This document shows positions 57,341-64,000 of a stretch of DNA of 64,000 nt, piece after piece. The notes under the pieces were generated by a model. It saw nothing but the letters and a program-made list of their open reading frames with translations, did no database searches and was not told the origin of the DNA. Numbering within the stretch: position 1 is the first letter of the stretch; every line of letters begins with the position of its first letter. The stretch is from an uncultured Chloroflexia bacterium. Lineage in GTDB: Bacteria; Chloroflexota; Dehalococcoidia; DSTF01; JALHUB01. The position numbers and the translations under genes are program-made. Location: contig OY969814.1 of NCBI GenBank assembly GCA_963703345.1, forward strand, positions 160,001-224,000, read 5' to 3'.

Positions 57341-58008
57341 TCGTTCGCCCCCTCCAGCGGACCTCCCAGCCAGGACTCGCCGTCCTCCCACGTCTCTTTC
57401 TTCCAGATGGGGACTGTCTGCTTGATTCGGTCGATTACGTACCGGCAGGCGTCGAACGCCTCGCCTCGATGAGGCGCCGAAACGGCGACTATCAGCGCCA
57501 TCTCGCCCACCCGCAGCAGGCCGACGCGATGACGAAGCGCTATCTTTACCTCCTGCCAGCGGCCAAGCGCCTCTTCGACGACTCGACGCATCTCCTTCGC
57601 GGCCATCGAACGAAAGGCATCGTATTCCAGGGAGAGGACCTTTCGGCCCTGATCCTCATCGCGCACACTGCCGACGAAGAGGACGACGGCGCCGTTGGCT
57701 GGGTCTGTGACTGCCGCTATCAACGGCAACGGGTCAAGCACTTCGTCCGTAAGCTCGAAGGCGGCGCCGCCGCTGATCGGCGGTATCAGAGCCACTTCAT
57801 CGCTGTCCTGAAGCACGTAGTCTCGCGAGCGGTACTCCTCGTTGACGGCGAAGGCAAGACCGGGGATCAAGGGCTTGAGCTGCGGATATTTCCCGGCGAG
57901 TTGCTCCGCCAGATCGCTCACCGTCGCGTCTTCTGGTAGTTGGACAACGATTTCCTGCCCGCCGACCAACTCCTTCAACCCGGCGAATAGCCGAACGCTC
58001 ACCTTCAT
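57337..58008 (-). CDS. moaE: Fused molybdopterin synthase MoaD-MoaE
   Basis: VRLFA...AVNEEY...PPISGG followed by GAVVLFVGSVR, HRVG, PIWKKE. Confidence 0.93.
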   Translation of the reverse strand: MKVSVRLFAGLKELVGGQEIVVQLPEDATVSDLAEQLAGKYPQLKPLIPGLAFAVNEEYRSRDYVLQDSDEVALIPPISGGAAFELTDEVLDPLPLIAAVTDPANGAVVLFVGSVRDEDQGRKVLSLEYDAFRSMAAKEMRRVVEEALGRWQEVKIALRHRVGLLRVGEMALIVAVSAPHRGEAFDACRYVIDRIKQTVPIWKKETWEDGESWLGGPLEGAND

Positions 58009-58149
58009 GACGTCACCGCCCTCGTTTGTTCCTGGTCTTTCCCTCGGCAGAGGCATCAAAGCTCATCTCAGCAATAAGAGTTGCCGATGATCCATCGATG
58101 ACACTGTTCCGATGATCAGCTATACTGACGCCTCAGAAACCCAACGAAC

Positions 58150-58857
58150 ATGATGAGCATCGGCACGATTCTGGGCAAGGCGGGCAAGCAGGCAATTGAC
58201 TTGCTTTTTCCTCCTCGCTGCGTCATCTGCGGCAGACTGGGGTCGTTTCTCTGCCCCGATTGCCGGTCGTCGTTGCCGCGGGCCGGGCCGCCGCGCTGCG
58301 CCATCTGCTGGCAGCCCACACCCGGCCGAACGTGCGGTCGCTGTGAGGAATCGCGGCCATCGTTCAACGGACTCCGTTCGCCCTACATCTTCGAGGGCGG
58401 CACGCGGGAATTAGTGCACCGGCTGAAATATCAGAATCAGTCAGTCCTTGCCGGGCCCATGGCGGACCTGGTCATTGACTTCCTGGCCGACAACCCGCTT
58501 CCCGCAGACGTACTCGTGCCGGTGCCCCTCTTTCCGAGGCGAATGCGCGTACGCGGTTACAACCAGTCGGCGCTTCTGGCGCAGGCGCTGGCGCGACAGC
58601 TCGGCTTGCCCGTCAACGAGCGGACGCTCAACCGGACTCGCAACACGACTTCGCAAGCCAGGACCAACAACTCCGACGAGAGAAGAACCAACGTCCGCGA
58701 GGCCTTCACATGCAGGGACGGACAGCTTGCCGGCGAGCGGGTGCTCCTGGTCGACGACGTGTTGACGACCGGCGCGACGCTTGATGCATGCGCCCGGGCA
58801 CTTCAAAGGGCTGGTGTCGAGTCTGTCTGGGCCCTCACTTTCGCTCATGAGGATTGA
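58150..58857 (+). CDS. comF: ComF family phosphoribosyltransferase-like protein
   Basis: FPPRCVIC double zinc ribbon; RGYNQS; LLVDDVLTTGATL. Confidence 0.92.
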   Translation: MMSIGTILGKAGKQAIDLLFPPRCVICGRLGSFLCPDCRSSLPRAGPPRCAICWQPTPGRTCGRCEESRPSFNGLRSPYIFEGGTRELVHRLKYQNQSVLAGPMADLVIDFLADNPLPADVLVPVPLFPRRMRVRGYNQSALLAQALARQLGLPVNERTLNRTRNTTSQARTNNSDERRTNVREAFTCRDGQLAGERVLLVDDVLTTGATLDACARALQRAGVESVWALTFAHED

Positions 58858-58921
58858 TGAAAAGCGGGTTGAAGACAAATCTCGCCAATAGAATGCTTCG
58901 GCGAAACCTGGAGGAAAGATA

Positions 58922-60028
58922 GTGCCTCTGCCGCAACTGGTGATGTTCCTCGGCGGCATGGGCGGAAGTCCCGTGGAGGACGAATTCGCCCGCGCCCTCG
59001 GCGAAGACACGCTGGACACGCTGGAGCGCGTGCTCGATTCTGGCGGCGTCAACGGCGCGATTCTCGCCACAGACACGCCGCACATCGCTGATCGCTTCTC
59101 GTCAGAGGTGCGAGTGGACATTGACGACGGGCCGTTCCATTTCGGCGAGCGTCTAGTACAGGTGATACGCCGACATGAGCTGGAGCGGCTCATCTACCTG
59201 GGAGCCGGAAGCGGGACACTCATGGCGAACGATGACTTCTTCTCGCTTGGCCACTATCTGGGCATGGCCTGGAACATGGTCCTGACCAACAACCGCTATT
59301 CCTCTGACTTTGCCGCTTTTGTCCCGGGCGCAGCCCTCTTCCAGATCCCTTTGCCCCCGAAGGATAACGTCCTGCCGCGCACCCTTCACGATGAAGCGGG
59401 CCTCACGCTACAGGAGTTGCCACGAAGCACCGCGACCCAGTTCAACATCGATACGCCCTCAGATCTTGCCATCCTCAAGCTAACTGGCCACGCCGGTCCT
59501 CGCCTTAGCAACTGGCTCGAGGGCACGAACGTCAACGTCTCGAGATATATTGCCTGCCTAAGTCTCCTCACCAATCCAAGAGGGCAGATCCTCGTCGCGG
59601 GAAGGGTCGGGAGTCAGGTCTGGCAGTACTTGGAGAAGGAGACCGCCTGCAAAGTAAGGCTAGTCTCTGAAGAGCGCGGCCTGCGGGCGGAAGAGCGGGA
59701 AGACGGAAAGGCGCGTTCTCTGCTCGGCTTTCACCTCCAACAGACAGGCTGCGACCGCTTCTTTGCGGAGCTGGCCGAGATGGCGGACGCCGCCATCATC
59801 GACACGCGCGTTATCTTCGCCCACATGTCCGAACGGCCCGGCCGCGCTGATCGCTTCCTATCGGATATGGGTCGCTACGAAGAGATAAACGACCCGTTCC
59901 TACGGGAGTTCACCGAAGGCGCCATGAAAGCGCGCATCCCTGTGCTGCTCGGTGGCCACTCCCTCGTGGCCGGCGGCCTCATGGCCCTCACTGAGCTGGC
60001 CTGGAGAGACGCCCCCGACCCTTCGTAG
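58922..60028 (+). CDS. Hypothetical protein with CofC-like nucleotidyltransferase N-terminal domain
   Basis: ILATD; FHFGERL; NNRYSSD; FNIDTPSDL; C-terminal GGHSLVAGGL. Confidence 0.6.
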   Translation: MPLPQLVMFLGGMGGSPVEDEFARALGEDTLDTLERVLDSGGVNGAILATDTPHIADRFSSEVRVDIDDGPFHFGERLVQVIRRHELERLIYLGAGSGTLMANDDFFSLGHYLGMAWNMVLTNNRYSSDFAAFVPGAALFQIPLPPKDNVLPRTLHDEAGLTLQELPRSTATQFNIDTPSDLAILKLTGHAGPRLSNWLEGTNVNVSRYIACLSLLTNPRGQILVAGRVGSQVWQYLEKETACKVRLVSEERGLRAEEREDGKARSLLGFHLQQTGCDRFFAELAEMADAAIIDTRVIFAHMSERPGRADRFLSDMGRYEEINDPFLREFTEGAMKARIPVLLGGHSLVAGGLMALTELAWRDAPDPS

Positions 60029-60098
60029 GCACGATTCCCTATTCAAACAGGCGCTATCGGACTTGACGGTGCCCAATCCCTGGGATACGCTCACTCTA

Positions 60099-61475
60099 GT
60101 GGCAAGGAGTACATCATCACTGCGCCCACTTCCCTCCTCCGGAGGAGGCCTGCGGCAAAGATTGCTGCTAGCCTTCCTCGCCCTTTTCTTCGCAGGTGGC
60201 GCCGCCTATGGCTCGCTGATCCTCGCGAGCCGAGTTTATCCCATTCTGTTCCCCGGCAGCACCATTCCAATCCACATTGGACTGCCCTACGTTGATCAGC
60301 AGTCCAGCAACGATCCTTCGCCCATCAGCAAACGAATGAATATCCTTATCATGGGCCTCGACAGGCGCCCACAGGAGGGAGATATCTTCACGCGGACCGA
60401 CACCATGATCATCGCCACAATCGATCCGCAAACCAAGACGGCCGGCATCCTGGGGATACCGAGAGATACCTACGTGAAGATACCGTGCTATTCCGAAGAC
60501 CGCATCAACACGGCTCTCGAGTATGGACAGACATCCGACTACTCCGGCGGCGGCCCGCAATGCGCGAAGGACACGATCCAGAACAACTTTGGCATCAAGA
60601 TCGATCACTACATCATCATTGACTTCAGCGCCTTCAAGGAGGTGATCGATTCTCTTGGCGGCATCGACGTGGATGTCCCGGACTACCTCAATGACCCGCT
60701 TTACTCCGACACGGAGAGGCTGGGCGACTTCTTCCCGCTGCATTTCGTTCCCGGCATGCAGCATATGGATGGAAGGACGGCGCTCGGCTACGCGCGCAGC
60801 CGAAATACGACCAGCGACCTGGACCGAATTCAACGGCAGCAGCGCGTGATATTCGCAGTCATGGACAAAGCTATGAGTCTCGACGTCGTGCCCCACGCCC
60901 TTGACTTGTGGCAGAAGTACAAGCACACGATAGTCACTGACATCAGCGACTTCATGATCCCCGGCTTCGCCAAGCTGGCTACCGACATCCCACAGGACCG
61001 CATCAGTGCCCTTTCTTTGGGCCCCTGCACCGCACCCTGGACAACGCCCGGCGGCGCGGACGTCCTGCTGCCGTCGAAAGAGGGATGCGCACGTATCGTC
61101 AATGCCCTCTTCTATGATCAGCAGTTATCGGCGGAGAGCGCAGTCGTCGAAGTGCGAGACGGCACGACGAGCAACGAGGACGTTGCTGCGAAGGCCGTAG
61201 GTCTCCTGGTCAACCTCGGGTTTCCTCAGGGGTCGGTTGTCGAATCGAAAGCACCGCCAAACGGAACCGTGGCTAACACGGAGGTTGTGGACTATACCGG
61301 AAAAATCTACAGCGCGGGCAAGATTGCCGAATGGCTAGGCCTTCCCGCGACGGCCGTGCGCGACTCTACCCCGCTTGACGCCGACCTGCTCACAACCAAC
61401 GCCGACATCGTCGTCCTCCTTGGAGATGATGCCAATCTGGGGGCGCTGACGTCAACTTCAGCGGGAAGCCCGTAG
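60099..61475 (+). CDS. LytR-CpsA-Psr (LCP) glycopolymer transferase with LytR_C domain
   Basis: TM helix; NILIMGLDRR; RTDTMI; IPRD; YARSR; SDLDRIQRQQ; DIVVLLGDD. Confidence 0.92.
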   Translation: MARSTSSLRPLPSSGGGLRQRLLLAFLALFFAGGAAYGSLILASRVYPILFPGSTIPIHIGLPYVDQQSSNDPSPISKRMNILIMGLDRRPQEGDIFTRTDTMIIATIDPQTKTAGILGIPRDTYVKIPCYSEDRINTALEYGQTSDYSGGGPQCAKDTIQNNFGIKIDHYIIIDFSAFKEVIDSLGGIDVDVPDYLNDPLYSDTERLGDFFPLHFVPGMQHMDGRTALGYARSRNTTSDLDRIQRQQRVIFAVMDKAMSLDVVPHALDLWQKYKHTIVTDISDFMIPGFAKLATDIPQDRISALSLGPCTAPWTTPGGADVLLPSKEGCARIVNALFYDQQLSAESAVVEVRDGTTSNEDVAAKAVGLLVNLGFPQGSVVESKAPPNGTVANTEVVDYTGKIYSAGKIAEWLGLPATAVRDSTPLDADLLTTNADIVVLLGDDANLGALTSTSAGSP

Positions 61476-61524
61476 GCGGCGAATCCATCAGGCGCGGTGA
61501 ACCTCCGCCTGCTTCGAGAAGTCT

Positions 61525-62004
61525 CTACTTGCTCTTCGTCTTTGCCGGCGTCTTTGCCGGCGTCTTTGCCGGCGTCTTTGCCGGCGTCTTTCCTGGCGTC
61601 TTTGCTGGCGTCTTCGCGGGCGCTTTCTTCGCGGGAGCCTTGCGGGTCGCTGCCTTCGAAGAGGTGGTGGTTGAGGCCGCTTTCTTCGTGACCCTGCGAG
61701 CCGGCTTTGCCGCCTGCTCCGCTTGAGCGATGGCTGCTGCTGCGGTTGCGGAGTTCAGCTTGAGCATTAGCCGCGACTTATGTCGAGCCGCGTTGTTGGG
61801 GTGGATGACGCCTTTCTCGGCCGCTCTGTCCAGCGCGCTAACGGCCTCGCGAACGGCCGCCTGCGCCTCCTCGACCCGGCCTTCCCCGATAAGCGGCAGC
61901 GCCCTTCGTATCCGCGTGCGGGTTGCCCCGCGGACTGACTTGTTCCGCGCACGCCTTCGCTCGGCTTGTCGTACGCGCTTCTCTGCCGACCGGCTGTGAG
62001 TCAA
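61525..62004 (-). CDS. rpsT: 30S ribosomal protein S20 with long Lys/Ala/Pro/Thr-rich C-terminal extension
   Basis: SAEKRVRQAERRRARNK; LDRAAEKGVIHPNNAARHKSRL; about 70-aa tail. Confidence 0.93.
   Translation of the reverse strand: MTHSRSAEKRVRQAERRRARNKSVRGATRTRIRRALPLIGEGRVEEAQAAVREAVSALDRAAEKGVIHPNNAARHKSRLMLKLNSATAAAAIAQAEQAAKPARRVTKKAASTTTSSKAATRKAPAKKAPAKTPAKTPGKTPAKTPAKTPAKTPAKTKSK
61537..61620. repeat. 12-bp coding tandem repeat (CGTCTTTGCCGG, 7 units) encoding PAKT
   Basis: 4 perfect and 3 degenerate units inside the rpsT tail. Confidence 0.9.
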
Positions 62005-62119
62005 GACCTCGCTCCTTCAATATGCTAGGAGTAATATTAGACGACAGTTGACCTCGTGTCTAGAGCGGCTTTCTCCCCGGACCATCGCTGATGCGCAAAC
62101 GAAAATACGGGGCAGGCGG

Positions 62120-63760
62120 ATGACAAGAGAGCGGACGATGCCGGCGAGCGACGGTCTTGCCGCCGCTGCCGTCATCGTCGGGATAGGCTTCCTTGGCAGT
62201 CGGCTGCTCGGTCTCCTGCGCACCGTGGTGATCGCCCACAGCTTCGGCACCAGCCCGGAGCTGGGCGCCTACTGGGTCGCCTTTCGCCTCCCCGACATGG
62301 TCTTCCAAGTGCTGGCCGGAGCAACCCTTGCCAGCGCTTTCATCCCCGTCTTCTCCCGCTACGTCACGCGCGGAAACCGGGAAGAAGCGTGGCGGCTGGC
62401 CAGCTCGGTGCTCAACCTTGTGTTCATTGCCACCGGTGTTCTGGCGCTCATCGGCCTACTTCTGGCGCCGCTGCTGGTCCCGCTCATGGCGCCCGGGCTC
62501 GGCCAGGACTCGGGCAGGCAGGCTGAGTTGCAAGGGCTGGCTGTTCACCTCACCAGGATAATGCTGATTTCTCCCGTCTTCTTCTCGGTGAGCGGGATGT
62601 TTATGGGGATATCGAACGCCCGCCATCATTTCCTCTTCCCCGCGCTGGCGCCCTGGACGTACAACCTGTCGATCATCATTGCTGCCCTCGTGTCGCACAG
62701 CGTCGAGGGCCTAGCGATCGGCGTTGTCGTCGGCTCGTTCGTTCACCTGGCGATACAGCTCCCGGCGGTGCGGCTGATCGGCATGCTCTACCGGCCGGTC
62801 GCTGACTGGCGCGACCCTGGCGTGCGCGAAGTGGGAAAACTCATGCTGCCGAGAGCGCTTGGCTTGGCCGCCGCTCAGCTCAACTTCCTCGTGACCATCT
62901 TCTTCGCCTCGAAAGTGAGCGACGAGGCGATCTCGGCCGTCAACTACGCATGGCTCATCGTCATGATGCCGCTGGGCCTGTTCGGCATGGCGATGTCGAC
63001 CGCCGTCTTCCCCACACTCGCGGAGCAAGCCGCCACGAAGAGCATGGATGCCTTGCGCCACACTCTTTCCGGCACCCTGCGCCTAATACTGTTTCTCACC
63101 CTGCCGGCCAGCGTCGGCCTGATGATCCTGGGCAAGCCGCTGATCACCTTCCTCTTCGAGCACGGCGCCTTTACCGCCGCATCGACGGACGTCACGGTCG
63201 CCGCGCTATTCTTCTATGCGATAGGACTATTCGCGCAAGGAGGCATCGAGATCCTCAGCCGCGGATTCTATGCCCTCAGCGACACGCGGACCCCCGTCGC
63301 CTTCGCGGTCGCCGCCATGGCGGCCAACCTGCTGCTCTGCCTCGTGCTCGTCGGACCTTTGGGCGTCAAAGGCCTGGGGCTGGCGCTCTCCCTCAGCGCC
63401 ATCCTGGAGTTCTCGCTCCTCTTCCGTGTCCTCCGACAGCGACTTGGCGGACTGGACGAAGAGAAGTTGGTTGGCTCGGTCACGAAGTCGAGCGCCGCAA
63501 CCGTAGTCATGGCCGAGGTCGTCGGACTGTTGGCTCTCCTGCTGCACGCCACCGGCCACTTCAACACCGGCACCGTCAGCGACGCCTTCCTCGCCCTGTT
63601 CGGCGGCAGCGTCATCGGCGTCGGCGTATTCTTCGCTGTTTCGTCTTTTCTCGCCCACGAAGAGATGGACCTGCTCCAGCGGCGGTTACCCTTCCTCCGC
63701 TCCGTCAATCTCTTCGCCCGCTTGAGCGAGGGCGCGGGCAGGGCGCGCCCTTCCTTCTAG
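62120..63760 (+). CDS. murJ: MurJ/MviN lipid II-type flippase
   Basis: SRLLGLLR; AFRLPD; SAFIPVF; FEHGAFT; RGFYALSDTRTPV. Confidence 0.95.
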   Translation: MTRERTMPASDGLAAAAVIVGIGFLGSRLLGLLRTVVIAHSFGTSPELGAYWVAFRLPDMVFQVLAGATLASAFIPVFSRYVTRGNREEAWRLASSVLNLVFIATGVLALIGLLLAPLLVPLMAPGLGQDSGRQAELQGLAVHLTRIMLISPVFFSVSGMFMGISNARHHFLFPALAPWTYNLSIIIAALVSHSVEGLAIGVVVGSFVHLAIQLPAVRLIGMLYRPVADWRDPGVREVGKLMLPRALGLAAAQLNFLVTIFFASKVSDEAISAVNYAWLIVMMPLGLFGMAMSTAVFPTLAEQAATKSMDALRHTLSGTLRLILFLTLPASVGLMILGKPLITFLFEHGAFTAASTDVTVAALFFYAIGLFAQGGIEILSRGFYALSDTRTPVAFAVAAMAANLLLCLVLVGPLGVKGLGLALSLSAILEFSLLFRVLRQRLGGLDEEKLVGSVTKSSAATVVMAEVVGLLALLLHATGHFNTGTVSDAFLALFGGSVIGVGVFFAVSSFLAHEEMDLLQRRLPFLRSVNLFARLSEGAGRARPSF

Positions 63761-63895
63761 TCGCTCTGAATCTGGGACAGCCGGTGTGCGTGTTTGTCGA
63801 ACTTGCTTCGGCCTTGCGCTGGCCGGTGCCTGCGGCGTATAATTCCCTTGAACGCCGAATCCGCTCGGCGCGATTTTCCTAATCGGAGACGGGTC

Positions 63896-64000
63896 TTGAG
63901 TTTTGCCGACAAGGCATTGATCTGCCGCGACTGTAATGGCAGTTTCGTCTTTACGGCCGGCGAGCAGGAGTTCTACGCGAGCAAAGGGCTGCAGAATGAG
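63896..64000 (+). CDS. Zinc-ribbon protein (partial, runs off the window), paralog of 57056-57340
   Basis: TTG start; SFADKALICRDCNGSFVFTAGEQEFYASKGLQNE; SD GGAG; TATAAT upstream. Confidence 0.85.
   Translation, partial: MSFADKALICRDCNGSFVFTAGEQEFYASKGLQNE

Noticed and set aside
61537-61620. CRISPR-like array
   Set aside because: Contiguous 12-bp units without spacers, in frame within rpsT; no cas genes

Overview
GC-rich bacterial chromosome segment. Gene content suggests Chloroflexota, probably Dehalococcoidia-like (inference from the GAAC-N4-GTTC LexA box, tandem DnaC-like loader and small Zn-ribbon families). (1) About 1.7-22.35 kb is a 20.5 kb integrase-less genomic island in tRNA-Sec (selC), bounded by a 67-bp att direct repeat. 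It carries thiol/redox/metal cargo: AhpD-like protein, TauE, VKOR and broken DsbA, a DUF134-NifB/X-ATPase-radical SAM cluster, ETF plus an OYE flavoenzyme, catalase, CoA-disulfide reductase-rhodanese, and a hidden MerB-like protein with two in-frame UGA codons at the catalytic Cys positions, each followed by a SECIS-like hairpin. (2) About 24.9-32.4 kb is a regulatory cluster with a hybrid kinase, FliA/WhiG-type sigma, degenerate Gfo/Idh/MocA protein, CsrA, NarL-type regulator, small Zn-binding proteins and a c-di-AMP (ydaO) riboswitch upstream of a 69-aa Zn-ribbon protein. No flagellar genes are in the window. (3) The rest is mostly housekeeping (holA, lexA, tmk, pdxST, trkA pair, pheA, mutM, menA/menG, PgpH-like HD protein, purQL, rplI, dnaB, moaDE, comF, LCP, rpsT, murJ), with several odd fusions or extensions. 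All family calls are from motif recognition by eye; no searches were run.
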